Source: an uncultured delta proteobacterium (lineage in GTDB: Bacteria > Myxococcota > Myxococcia > Myxococcales > Anaeromyxobacteraceae). From it: DNA of 64,000 nt. Below the pieces are notes generated by a model. That model was not told where the DNA came from. It did not search any database and saw only the letters and a list, made by a program, of their open reading frames with translations. This document shows, in pieces, positions 21,048 through 30,925 of the stretch. The stretch lies in NCBI GenBank assembly GCA_963845515.1, contig CAWJSR010000028.1, forward strand, positions 32,001 to 96,000, given 5' to 3'. Position 1 is the stretch's first letter. Each line of letters begins with the position of its first letter. Position numbers and translations under genes: made by a program.

Positions 21048-22214
21048 ATGGCAAAGAACGCACTCGTCCTGGGCGGCGGCTTCGCGGGGCTGGAGAGCGC
21101 GATCCAGCTCCGGAAGGCCGGGCTCGACGTCACGCTCGTCTCGAATCGCCCGTACCTCTTCATCTACCCGACGTCGATCTGGGTCGCGACGGGGGAGACG
21201 CCGTTCGGGGAGGTCTGCCTCGACCTCGCCGACCTCGCCCGGCGCCACGGCTTCAGGTTCGTCGAGGGGGCCGTGGAGGCCATCTCCGGGGCCCGCCGCG
21301 CCGCGACGGTGGGCGGCAGGGAGCTCACGGCCGACCATCTGGTGATCGCCATCGGCGGGGAGCGGCTGAAGCCGAAGGGGGTGGAGCACACCCACTCGCT
21401 CGGCGGCGATCCCGGCAACGTCGAGCGGTTCCGGGCCGCGCTCGAGCTGCTCCTCGCCCGCGGGCGCGGGAGGATCGCGATGGGGTTCGGCGGGAACCCG
21501 AGGGATCCTTCGGCGGTGCGCGGCGGCCCCGCGTTCGAGCTGATGTTCAACGTCGACGGGCTGCTCCGCCGGCGCGGGGTGCGCGATCGGTTCGAGCTCA
21601 CCTTCTTCGCGCCGATGGCGAGCCCCGGCGAGCGGATGGGGAAGAAGGCGGCCGGCTCGATCCAGGCGATGCTGGGCCAGGCCGAGGTCGCGGTGCGCTT
21701 CGGCAAGAAGATCGCGGCCTTCGCGCCGGACGCGGTCCTCTTCGAGGACGGCTCGCGCCTCGGGTCGGACCTGGTGATGTTCCTCCCTGCCGGCGAGGGG
21801 CACCCCGCCGTCAAGGGGTCCGACCTCCCGACGAACGACGCTGGCTTCGTGGCCTGCGACCCGGGCTGCGCGGTGCCGGGGCTGCCGGGCGTCTGGGCCG
21901 TCGGCGACGCCGCCGCGCTGCAGGGGCCGGACTGGCGCGCCAAGCAGGGTCACGTCGCCGAGGTGATGGCGCGTGTCGCGGCGGCGAACATCGCGGCGCA
22001 GGAGGCGGGCGAGCCCGAGCGCCAGAGCTACCTCCCGCACCTCGGGATCACCTGCCTGCTCGACATGGGGAACGGCGCCGCGTACGTGCACCGCGACGAC
22101 GCGACGGAGCGGATGATCCCGCTCCCCGTGGTCGGCCACTGGCTGAAGAAGGGCTGGGGCGCCTACTACAAGCTCTCGAAGAAGAGGGTCGTCCCGCGCA
22201 TCCCCGGGATGTGA
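21048..22214 (+). CDS. Sulfide:quinone oxidoreductase-like FAD-dependent oxidoreductase
   Basis: LVLGGGFAG FAD motif; FIYPTSIW, AVRGGPAFE, WAVGDAA, AKQGHVAE, ITCLLDMG. Confidence 0.8.
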   Translation: MAKNALVLGGGFAGLESAIQLRKAGLDVTLVSNRPYLFIYPTSIWVATGETPFGEVCLDLADLARRHGFRFVEGAVEAISGARRAATVGGRELTADHLVIAIGGERLKPKGVEHTHSLGGDPGNVERFRAALELLLARGRGRIAMGFGGNPRDPSAVRGGPAFELMFNVDGLLRRRGVRDRFELTFFAPMASPGERMGKKAAGSIQAMLGQAEVAVRFGKKIAAFAPDAVLFEDGSRLGSDLVMFLPAGEGHPAVKGSDLPTNDAGFVACDPGCAVPGLPGVWAVGDAAALQGPDWRAKQGHVAEVMARVAAANIAAQEAGEPERQSYLPHLGITCLLDMGNGAAYVHRDDATERMIPLPVVGHWLKKGWGAYYKLSKKRVVPRIPGM

Positions 22215-22224
22215 GGAGGGGCCG

Positions 22225-22821
22225 CTAGGCCTTCGCGCCGCCGCCGGACACGAGGCCGGCCGGCTCCATCCCCAGCCGGCGGACTGCCTCCTCCCACCGA
22301 TCCTCCAGCGGCAGGGCGAGGGCGAGATCCTCTGCGAGCGCGAGCGGGATCCACGAGCCCTGCGTCACCTCCACCTCCACCTGGAGCGGTCCCCACCCGG
22401 CGTAGCCGAGCAGGAGCAGGTATGGGCCGGCGTCGGGCGTGCGCGCGAGCTTCTCCAGGAGCGCGCGCGACCCGCCGAGCGCGACACCCGGGCAGAGCAG
22501 CTCTCCGTCCTCTTCGGGCGGCGCCGACCCGGGGCGGTGCAGGATCCAGAGCCGCTCGGGATCCACCGGTCCGCCGAGCAGGACCTGCCCGCCGTCGCGC
22601 CCCGCCTTCGCGGCCGCTTCGCCGAGCTCCTCGCTCACGGTGGTGAGCAGGTCCCGGACGGTGAGCGGCGAGGGGCGGTTCACGACGAGCCCGAACGCCC
22701 CTTCCAGCGAGTGCTCCGCCATCAGGACCAGCGAGCTGCGGAAGTTGGGATCGTTCAGCGCCGGTGAGGCCACGAGGAAGCCCGGCGCGAGCCCGCTGGT
22801 GCTGCGGTCCTCTCCCGTCAT
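22225..22821 (-). CDS. YqgE/AlgH family protein
   Basis: FLVASPALNDPNFRSSLVL, GAFGLVVNRP, LLGGPV, LGYAGWGPLQVE. Confidence 0.92.
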   Translation of the reverse strand: MTGEDRSTSGLAPGFLVASPALNDPNFRSSLVLMAEHSLEGAFGLVVNRPSPLTVRDLLTTVSEELGEAAAKAGRDGGQVLLGGPVDPERLWILHRPGSAPPEEDGELLCPGVALGGSRALLEKLARTPDAGPYLLLLGYAGWGPLQVEVEVTQGSWIPLALAEDLALALPLEDRWEEAVRRLGMEPAGLVSGGGAKA

Positions 22822-23124
22822 GGCGCGCCTCCGCGTCCGTGGAGTGCAGGTAGTGCCAGTGCGCCCCCATCTTCCCCCGGAGCGCAGCCCGAAGACCAGC
22901 GCGCTCCGCAAAGCACCGATTCCGGGCACCGACCGCAATGCCGGCACGCGGCTGCCTCCCCGTGCACGGTCCCGGTCCCGGCGCTCCCACCGCGGTTCCG
23001 CAGCCCCCACCACCGGGCGAAATCGGCCCGATTCCACCGTCGATACGCGCGCTTGTGGAGGTCCACGCCCTCACCCTTCCCGCGGACCCCGCTTTCTGCT
23101 TTGCTCCGCCGCCGATCCCCCCCT

Positions 23125-25029
23125 ATGAGCCACGACGTCAATCGAGCGCCCCCCAGTGGAAAGGCGCTGCTCACGCTGTCGCTCGGCGCCCTCGGCGTCG
23201 TGTACGGCGACATCGGCACGAGCCCGCTCTACGCCCTCAAGGAGTGCTTCAGCGGCACGCACGCGGTCTTCGTCTCGCCCGAGAACGTGCTCGGCGTCCT
23301 GTCGCTCGTCTTCTGGGCGCTCGCCTTCGTCGTGACCTTCAAGTACCTCGTCCTCGTGATGCGGGCCGACAACCGCGGGGAGGGCGGGATCCTCGCCCTG
23401 ATGGCGCTGGTCGGTAAGTACGAGGCGACGAAGCGCGGCCGCAAGCTCCTGCTGCTGATGGGCCTCTTCGGGGCCGCGCTGCTCTACGGCGACGGCGTCA
23501 TCACCCCGGCGATCTCGGTCCTCTCGGCGGTCGAGGGCGTCGTGGTCGCGGCGCCAGCGCTCGACCGGTTCGTGGTCCCCGCGACCGTCCTCATCCTGGT
23601 GGGGCTCTTCCTCATCCAGAAGCGCGGCACCGCGGTCGTCGGCGCGGTCTTCGGGCCGATCATGCTGGTCTGGTTCGCGACCATCGCCGTCCTCGGAGTG
23701 CGCGGGATCCTCCACGATCCGTCGGTGCTCCGCGCCGTCTGGCCCGGCTACGCGGTCCGCTTCTTCCTGGAGAACCGCGGCCACGGCTTCCTGGTCCTCG
23801 GGGCCGTGGTGCTGGTCATCACCGGCGGCGAGGCGCTCTACGCGGACATGGGCCACTTCGGGCGGCGCCCGATCCGCCTGGCGTGGCTCGGGCTCGCGAT
23901 GCCCGCGCTGCTCCTCAACTACTTCGGCCAGGGGGCGATCCTGCTGCACGACCCAGGCGTCGCCGAGAACCCGTTCTTCAAGCTCGCCCCGGCCTGGTTC
24001 GTGTATCCGCTGGTGGCGATCGCGACGGCCGCGACCATCGTCGCTTCGCAGGCCCTCATCTCGGGCGCCTTCTCGCTGACTCGCCAGGCGATCCAGCTCG
24101 GCTACTGCCCACGCCTCAAGATCCGCCACACCTCGACCACCGAGATCGGCCAGATCTTCGTCCCCGAGGTGAACGCCGCGATCGGCGCGGCCACCATCGC
24201 GCTGGTGCTCGGCTTCAAGTCCTCGTCGGCCCTCGCCGCTGCTTACGGCATCGCGGTCACGGGGACGATGATGATCACGACCCTCCTCTTCCACCGCGTC
24301 ATGCGCGACCTCTGGACCTGGCGGCGCTGGAAGGCCTGGCCGATCACGGTCCTCCTGATGGCCGTGGACGTCGCCTTCTTCGGGGCCAACGTCGTGAAGA
24401 TCGAGGAGGGCGGCTGGGTCCCGCTCGCGATGGCGGTGGCGGTGTACACGCTCCTCACCACCTGGAAGCGCGGGCGCGACGCGCTGGGAGACGCGCTGCG
24501 CGGGGCGTCGCTGCCGCTCGAGCTCTTCCTGCCGGACCTGGCGAAGAAGAAGCCCGTCCGTGTCCCGGGCACCGCCGTGTTCATGACCTCCAACCTCGGG
24601 GTCGTCCCGGCGGTGCTCCTGCACCACCTCAAGCACAACAAGGTCCTGCACGAGCGGGTCGTGCTCGTCTCGATCCTCACCGAGGAGGTGCCGGCGGTGC
24701 CGGAGCGAGAGCGCGTCGTCTCCGACTCGCTCGGCGAGGGGTTCTACAAGGTCGTCGCGCACTACGGCTTCATGGAGACGCCGGACGTCCCGAAGCTGCT
24801 CGCGTCGCTGCCGGGTCGCCCGCCGCCCAACGTGGCCATCCCGATGAGCCCGATGGAGACGACCTTCTACCTCGGGCGGGAGACGCTGCTGCCGACCGGC
24901 CCCGCGAAGCTCTGGCGCTGGCGCAAGCGGCTCTTCATCATCATGGCCCGCAACGCGGCCACGGCCGGCGGCTTCTTCGGCCTCCCGCCGAACCGCGTCG
25001 TCGAGATGGGCGCGCAGATCCAGCTGTAG
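23125..25029 (+). CDS. kup: Potassium uptake protein Kup
   Basis: LGVVYGDIGTSPLY, ADNRGEGG, YGDGVITPAISVLSAVEG, GEALYADMGHFG, AAAYGIAVT. Confidence 0.97.
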   Translation: MSHDVNRAPPSGKALLTLSLGALGVVYGDIGTSPLYALKECFSGTHAVFVSPENVLGVLSLVFWALAFVVTFKYLVLVMRADNRGEGGILALMALVGKYEATKRGRKLLLLMGLFGAALLYGDGVITPAISVLSAVEGVVVAAPALDRFVVPATVLILVGLFLIQKRGTAVVGAVFGPIMLVWFATIAVLGVRGILHDPSVLRAVWPGYAVRFFLENRGHGFLVLGAVVLVITGGEALYADMGHFGRRPIRLAWLGLAMPALLLNYFGQGAILLHDPGVAENPFFKLAPAWFVYPLVAIATAATIVASQALISGAFSLTRQAIQLGYCPRLKIRHTSTTEIGQIFVPEVNAAIGAATIALVLGFKSSSALAAAYGIAVTGTMMITTLLFHRVMRDLWTWRRWKAWPITVLLMAVDVAFFGANVVKIEEGGWVPLAMAVAVYTLLTTWKRGRDALGDALRGASLPLELFLPDLAKKKPVRVPGTAVFMTSNLGVVPAVLLHHLKHNKVLHERVVLVSILTEEVPAVPERERVVSDSLGEGFYKVVAHYGFMETPDVPKLLASLPGRPPPNVAIPMSPMETTFYLGRETLLPTGPAKLWRWRKRLFIIMARNAATAGGFFGLPPNRVVEMGAQIQL

Positions 25030-25071
25030 CCGCCGCGCGCGCCGCGGATCCCGCGGGGGGAGGACCTGGAC

Positions 25072-26621
25072 GTGTCGACACGCCTCAACGCCGCCCTCGC
25101 AGGGCTCCTCGCGATCGGAGCGGTCCAGCCGGCGCTCGCCGAAGAGCCCTCCGCCCCGCTCGCGCCCCTGCCCGCGAGCCAGGCGTCTCCGCCCGAGCGA
25201 GGCGGGGCCAGCATCGGAGGTCGCCCGCTTCATCACCGGCGGGGTCGACCCCGACGATCATCGCTACGAGCCGCGGAAGCTCCGGCTGCGGCTCCCCGAG
25301 CTGGCGGAGCTCCCGACGGAACCCCGCGAGCAGCAGCTGGCTCATCCCGCTGGGTGAGAAGCTGCTCGCCGACGCCGTCACCTGGTCGGTCGCGCGGGCG
25401 TGGGGCGAGGAGTGGACCCACGTCACGCTCGACACCATGGGCGACAACCTGCGCGGCCCGTGGACGTTCGACCCGAACGACTTCGCGACGAACCAGTTCG
25501 GCCATCCGTACCACGGGCACCTCGCCTTCTCCGGGATGCGCGCTGCGGGGTACGGGTTCTGGGAGTCCGTCCCGTTCCCGATCGTGATGAGCACGCTCTG
25601 GGAGCTCTTCGCGGAGACCGAGCCCCCGTCGATCAACGACGCCATCACGACGCCAGTCGGCGGGACCTTCCTCGGCGAGGTGCTCTTCCGGCTCTCCAGC
25701 ATGGTGCTCGACGGCGGTGGGCTGCGGCCGGGCGCGGCGCGCCTGTGGGCCGCTGGGCTCATCTCCCCGCCCGTCGGCCTCACCCGCGCCTTCACTGGAA
25801 ACCGCTACCGGACCCGCTCGGAGGAGCGGATCCCGGCGTCGCTGGAGCTGCGGCTGGGCGGGAGCTTCAGCGGCAGCGCCTACTCCTCGGGGTCGCGCTG
25901 GGCGACCGGCGGGCTCGTCTCCGGCACCATCCAGGTGACGCACGGGCTGCCGGTCGGCGACTGGAAGCTCCGCAAGCCGTTCGATCACTTCGACTTCGAG
26001 GGGTCGGTGGTCGCGAGCGCCGACGAGCCCTGGCTGGTGCTCCAGGTGCGTGGGCTGCTCCACGGTGGCGACTACGGCGGCGGCGCCTCGCGCGGCTTCT
26101 GGGGGCTCTGGGGGCTGTACGACATGACCACCCTGCAGCCCTTCCGCGTGTCGACCAGCGGCCTGGGGTTCGGGACCACCGGCCAGTGGGCCGCCTCGAG
26201 CGGCGTCGCGCTGCAGGGTACGGCGCTGATCGCGGCGGGCTTCGGCGCCGCCGGTGCGCGGGAGGCCTCCGCGCTGACGCCCAACTACCACTACGGCCTC
26301 GGTGCCCACGCCATCCTCGACGCCAGGATCATCGCGGCGGATCGAGGGACCGTCCGGCTCGCGCTGCGCGAGTACTACGTCGGCGGCTGGGTCTCGCCGG
26401 AGTCGCGCGGCGACGAGCACGTGGCCTACGCGACCTTCGGCGCGACGCTCCGGGTGATCGGTCACCACGCGGTCGGGCTCGACATCACGCGGGCGCGCCG
26501 CTGGGCGGGGTTCCCGGATCGCCCGGACACGTTCAGCAGCTTCTCGCAGGCCGTCGCCTACTACGCCTACGTGAGCGACAAGACCATGGGCTCGGGACTC
26601 CAGATAATCCCGGGTCGGTGA
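25072..26621 (+). CDS. DUF3943-domain secreted, probably outer-membrane protein; frameshift(s) near 25200-25340
   Basis: Signal peptide MSTRLNAALAGLLAIGAVQPALA; second frame has WTFDPNDFATNQFGHPYHG and WELFAETEPPSIND, then amphipathic beta-strand pattern. Confidence 0.7.
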
Positions 26622-26664
26622 TCCGGTTGACGCCAACGCCCCGGGAGGGTACGCATCGACGATC

Positions 26665-28251
26665 ATGCGGACTCGACTCGTCGGCGCCGTGGTCGCGCTC
26701 TTCCTCTGCGCGGCCCCCCACACAACCACGAAGGCCGCTGACGAGGGGTGCACCGTCTCCGGGTGTCACGTCGACCCGAAGTACGCGCTCTCGCACCGCA
26801 CGACGATCGCTGAGCGTGGGCGCTGCCTCGTCTGCCACGAGCCGCACGCGCCCGGCCAGAAGAGCGCGCTGAAGATCACCGAGAAGGTCTTCTGCGCGAA
26901 GTGCCACAAGAAGCTCCCCGAGGCCCACTCCGGCTACCCGATCGAGGAGCAGCGCTGCAGCAGGTGCCACGTGTCGCACGCGCCCAACAGCAGGAAGCGG
27001 CTGGGGAGCGCCGTGCACGAGGTCGCGAGCGACTGTTCCTCCTGCCACCTCCAGGCGAACGGGCCGACCCCGTTCAAGCTCCAGAAGGCCGATCCCGCCC
27101 TCTGCTTCGACTGTCACTCCGACGTGGAGAAGAGGATCAAGGGGAAGGGAGCCCACCCCGCGGTGAGCGACGGCACCTGCACGACGTGCCACTCGCCACA
27201 CGCGAGCTGGGAGCAGGGGATGCTGCTCGCGCCGCAGGCGAAGCTCTGCGCCGAGTGCCACGCGAACGTCGGCGAGCAGGCCAAGGCCGACGGCGTGCAC
27301 GCGCCGGTGAAGGAGGGGAAGTGCACCGCGTGCCACGACCCCCACGAGTCGCCCAACCCGAAGCTCTACCGGGGCGGGGGGCTCAAGACCTGCGGCGGCT
27401 GCCACACCGAGGTCAGCGCCTGGTTCGGCCAGAAGAGCGTCCACGTCGCGGTCCGCAGGGGTGAGTGCCTCTCCTGCCACGAGCCGCACGTGGGCAAGCA
27501 GCACCTCCTCCGCAAGGACGTGAACGGCGCGTGCCTCGGCTGCCACGCCGAGCTCAAGAAGCGGCTCGACGCTCCGGGGGCAGTGGTCCACGCGGTCGTC
27601 CCGGACGACTGCGGCAACTGTCACCGCCCCCACTCGAGCGGCGAGCAGTCGCTGCTGAAGCGCTCGGCGCCGGCGCTCTGCCTGGAGTGCCACGACGCGA
27701 CGACGGCGGAGATCGTCAAGACGCACGGCGGCTACGCCTTCCAGGCGAGCAACTGCCTCGGCTGCCACGATCCGCACGTCGGCAAGAAGGGGCTCATGCG
27801 CGGCGAGGAGCACATGCCCTTCGGCGGCAAGATGTGCGAGTCGTGTCACTACCCGCCTGCGACGCCGCCGGTCTACCCGGTGCAGAAGCCGGGCGGCCTG
27901 AAGAACTGCACCGACTGCCACGACTTCTCGGGCGTGCAGCAGGTGGCGAAGCCGCACGACCCCGTGAAGAAGGGCGAGTGCTGGCAGTGCCACGTCCCGC
28001 ACGCCGCCTCGCGCCCGCACCTCCTCAACGAGACGTCGACGAAGCTCTGCACGCGGTGCCACGACCCGTTCGCCGGCGCCGCGAAGGAGGCCCACGAGAT
28101 GGTCAAGGCCGGGCCCGACTGCACGGGCTGCCACCTGGCGCACGAGCCGTCGAAGATCAGGGAGGCGCCACCTCCCCCGCCGCCGCCCGCCGCCGCGAAG
28201 AAGGGCGGCCAGGGGCCGGCCGCGAAGGGGAAGCCCCCGAAGAAGAAGTAG
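26665..28251 (+). CDS. Periplasmic multiheme c-type cytochrome (19 CXXCH + 1 CX4CH; doubled-CXXCH repeats)
   Basis: Signal peptide; heme motifs counted by hand from CLVCH to CTGCH; CxxCHxPH paired pattern; Pro/Lys-rich tail. Confidence 0.93.
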   Translation: MRTRLVGAVVALFLCAAPHTTTKAADEGCTVSGCHVDPKYALSHRTTIAERGRCLVCHEPHAPGQKSALKITEKVFCAKCHKKLPEAHSGYPIEEQRCSRCHVSHAPNSRKRLGSAVHEVASDCSSCHLQANGPTPFKLQKADPALCFDCHSDVEKRIKGKGAHPAVSDGTCTTCHSPHASWEQGMLLAPQAKLCAECHANVGEQAKADGVHAPVKEGKCTACHDPHESPNPKLYRGGGLKTCGGCHTEVSAWFGQKSVHVAVRRGECLSCHEPHVGKQHLLRKDVNGACLGCHAELKKRLDAPGAVVHAVVPDDCGNCHRPHSSGEQSLLKRSAPALCLECHDATTAEIVKTHGGYAFQASNCLGCHDPHVGKKGLMRGEEHMPFGGKMCESCHYPPATPPVYPVQKPGGLKNCTDCHDFSGVQQVAKPHDPVKKGECWQCHVPHAASRPHLLNETSTKLCTRCHDPFAGAAKEAHEMVKAGPDCTGCHLAHEPSKIREAPPPPPPPAAAKKGGQGPAAKGKPPKKK

Positions 28252-28330
28252 CAGGGCGGCCGTCTCCCTCCTGCCCCCAGTCCGTGCGGAAAGCTGTGCA
28301 TGCCCGTTGCTTAGGGTATGGGTAGCCTTC

Positions 28331-29386
28331 ATGCGTGGTGAAGCCTTCGCACGTCAACTGAAGCTCCTCGCGCTGCTCGAGGTGCGGCGCGACGGCGTCG
28401 AGCCCGAAGAGGCCGCGGCGGAGCTGGGAACGCAGCGCCGCACCGTCTACCGCGACTTTCGGGTGCTCGAGGACGCAGGGTTCCCTCTCACCTCGGCGCG
28501 CGACGGCCGGCGGGCTCGGTGGCGGATGGTGGAGGGCTATCGGCATCGCCTCCAACTCACGCTGAGCTGGAGCGAGCTGGTCGCGCTGATGACCGCCAGG
28601 CAGGTCGTGTCGGGGCTCGCTGGGACGATGCTGCACGACGGGGCGGTGAGCGCGCTGGAGAAGATTCGAGCCACGCTGCCGAAGGGGCTGGCCGACCGCT
28701 TCCGGGCCTCGGAGCGGCTGGTGAGCGCGCCCGAGAGCGGCCGCGACTACCGCGCGCGGGGCGAGATCGTACGCCGGCTGGTCGAGGCGATCGACGCGCG
28801 GGAGACCGTCCTGGCGCGCTACCGATCGCGCGGGGCGAAGAGCAGGCGGCGAGGCGAGGAGCGCAGGCTCGACCCTTACCACCTGCGGGCGGCCGAGGAA
28901 GGGCTGTACCTGCTCGCGCGCTGCCACCGCAGCGGGGAGGTGAAGCTCTTCCTGGCCGATCGGTTCGACAGCGTGCGCCCCACGGAGGACCGCTTCGCGC
29001 CGCCGGACGGCTTCAGCGCTGAGCAGTTGCTCAGGCCCAGGTTCGGGATGTGGAGCGGACGGCCGCGGAAGGTGCGCTTCACAGTCGCGACCGGGCTCGC
29101 CGACCTGTTGATGGAGCGCAAGGTGCACCCGACCCAGGTGGCGCAGCGGCGGAGCGACGGGAGCGTGGAGGTGCGGCTCGAGGTCGCGCTGGTGCCGCCG
29201 CTCGTCGCTTACCTGACCGGGCTAGGCGCCTCAGTGAGCGAGCTCGAGCCGGCGGAGCTGCGCGCTGCGGTGTTGCGGGAGCACCGGGAAGCACTTGCGG
29301 GGCTTGAGAGCCACGGGAAGGTGGCTCGTTCCCCGCCGCGACGGTCTGCGGGAGGCGTGACCTCTCGTGACACAGGTGGCGTGTAG
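28331..29386 (+). CDS. wHTH-WYL-WCX transcriptional regulator (PafB/YafY-like)
   Basis: N-terminal HTH RTVYRDFRVLEDAGFPL; RRLDPYHL...LYLLARCHRSGEVKLFLADRF WYL core; C-terminal WCX-like region. Confidence 0.92.
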   Translation: MRGEAFARQLKLLALLEVRRDGVEPEEAAAELGTQRRTVYRDFRVLEDAGFPLTSARDGRRARWRMVEGYRHRLQLTLSWSELVALMTARQVVSGLAGTMLHDGAVSALEKIRATLPKGLADRFRASERLVSAPESGRDYRARGEIVRRLVEAIDARETVLARYRSRGAKSRRRGEERRLDPYHLRAAEEGLYLLARCHRSGEVKLFLADRFDSVRPTEDRFAPPDGFSAEQLLRPRFGMWSGRPRKVRFTVATGLADLLMERKVHPTQVAQRRSDGSVEVRLEVALVPPLVAYLTGLGASVSELEPAELRAAVLREHREALAGLESHGKVARSPPRRSAGGVTSRDTGGV

Positions 29387-29389
29387 GGT
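29357..29389 (+). promoter_or_regulatory. Putative WYL-regulated promoter GTGACC-N5-TGACAC-N10-TAGGGT
   Basis: Lies at the 3' end of the WYL gene, 34 bp before the yhcG ATG; identical architecture at 38994-39026. Confidence 0.55.
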
Positions 29390-29423
29390 GCGTCGTGTGA
29401 GGCTGAGCGTGAAAGGGGAGGGG

Positions 29424-30638
29424 ATGAGCGAAGGGGAATCCAGCGCGAGGAAGGGGCCGGAGGGGAGCAGGAAGAGGAGCGCCCGGATCGCGGCGGCCGA
29501 GAAGACGCTGGCGCGTCGCACTCGTGGACGGGCGAGCGAGGGGGCGTCGTTCCCGGCAGCTCCACCGCGAGCGGAGCTGCCGAGCGACTACGTCGAGACG
29601 CTCACCGAGATCAAGCGTCGCGTCCAGGAGGAGCGTCTCCGGGCAGTCCTGGCCGCCAACTCGGCCATGGTCCGCCTTTACTGGGACATCGGGCGGATGA
29701 TCCTGGAGAGGCAGGAGCGGGCGGGCTGGGGCGCGAAGGTGATCGATCGGCTCGCCGCGGACCTGCGCGAGGCGTATCCGGACATGAAGGGGTTCTCGCC
29801 GCGCAACCTCAAGTACATGAGGGCGTTCGCGGCAGCATGGCCCGACGCCGAAATCGTGCAACGGGTCGTTGCACGATTGCCCTGGCGGCAGAATATCGCC
29901 CTCCTCGAACGCGTCGACGACGAGAAGACGCGCCTCTGGTACGCGGACCAGACCGCTCGGCACGGCTGGTCCCAGCCGATCCTGTGCCTGCAGATCGACA
30001 ACCGCGCGTACGAGCGGCACGGCAAGGCCGTCAACAACTTCAAGGCGACCCTCCCGCCCGCCGACTCGGACATGGCCGAGCAGGTCTTCAAGGATCCGTA
30101 CCTCTTCGACTTCCTCGGGACGGCCGATCCACGCCGGGAGCGTGAGGTCGAGCAGGGACTGGTCGACCACGTCCAGCGCTTCCTCCTCGAGCTGGGCGCC
30201 GGCTTCGCTTTCGTGGGGCGGCAGGTGCTGCTCGAGGTCGGCGAGCAGGACTTCTACGTCGACCTGCTCTTCTACCACCTGAAGCTCCGCTGCTACGTGG
30301 TCATCGAGCTGAAGGCCGTCCCCTTCGACCCGGCCTTCGTCGGCCAGCTCAACCTCTACCTCTCGGCGGCCGACGACCTCCTCCGCCATGCCGACGACAA
30401 GCCCACCATCGGGCTTCTGCTCTGCCGCTCGAAGAACAAGATCGTCGTCGAGTACGCGCTTCGGCACCTCAAGCGGCCGATCGGCGTCTCCGAATGGGAG
30501 ACGCAGCTCGTAGAGAAGCTACCGAAGGAGCTCAAGGGCAGCTTGCCGACGGTGGAGGAGATCGAGGCGGAGCTGGGGGCGCGAGGAGGGGGGCAGCTGC
30601 ATTCCGGCGCGCGACGGCGATCGAGGGGCGTAGAGTAA
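29424..30638 (+). CDS. YhcG/DUF1016 PD-(D/E)XK nuclease family protein
   Basis: LYWDIGRMI, GWGAKVI, GFSPRNLKYMRAFA, KDPYLFDFL, FLLELGAGFAFVGRQ, DLLFYH, YVVIELK. Confidence 0.93.
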   Translation: MSEGESSARKGPEGSRKRSARIAAAEKTLARRTRGRASEGASFPAAPPRAELPSDYVETLTEIKRRVQEERLRAVLAANSAMVRLYWDIGRMILERQERAGWGAKVIDRLAADLREAYPDMKGFSPRNLKYMRAFAAAWPDAEIVQRVVARLPWRQNIALLERVDDEKTRLWYADQTARHGWSQPILCLQIDNRAYERHGKAVNNFKATLPPADSDMAEQVFKDPYLFDFLGTADPRREREVEQGLVDHVQRFLLELGAGFAFVGRQVLLEVGEQDFYVDLLFYHLKLRCYVVIELKAVPFDPAFVGQLNLYLSAADDLLRHADDKPTIGLLLCRSKNKIVVEYALRHLKRPIGVSEWETQLVEKLPKELKGSLPTVEEIEAELGARGGGQLHSGARRRSRGVE

Positions 30639-30665
30639 CGGGGCGTGGCCTGGGGGGGTGACGTG

Positions 30666-30896
30666 ATGCTGACGGTTCCAGCAGTGAAGATTCAGCAGTT
30701 CAAGCAGGAGTTCTACCTGCTGAATCTCTCTGCGACGGATGTTCAACGCCTCGTGCGCTTCGAGGTATTGGGCGATGCGGGGCTCGACGGGGCTCATCGG
30801 GCGGCGCGGCGCGCCCGGCCGGCGCCGGTGAACTGGCAAACGCACACCTACATCCAATCGTGGTGTCGGCGATGCCGCGCCACGGCGTCTCGCTGA
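30666..30896 (+). pseudogene. 5' fragment of a probable DGQHR/DndB-like domain gene, truncated near 30836
   Basis: MLTVPAVKIQQFKQEFYLLNLSATDVQRLVRFEVL...VNW resembles DGQHR protein N-termini (from recall); RBS GGGGGTG; coding-like sequence stops abruptly before the cas7 leader. Confidence 0.4.
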
Positions 30897-30925
30897 CCGA
30901 ACGCAGCACATCCCCTGAGGTGATC

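Noticed and set aside
22830..23124. Long intergenic region before kup as a candidate c-di-AMP (ydaO) riboswitch
   Set aside because: Could not find the conserved GCTGAATCC/GGAACC/AGCTAA elements by eye; an Rfam scan would settle it
28290..28320. TAGGGT upstream of the WYL gene as a third copy of the motif
   Set aside because: The -10-like hexamer is present, but no TGACRC lies 10 nt upstream
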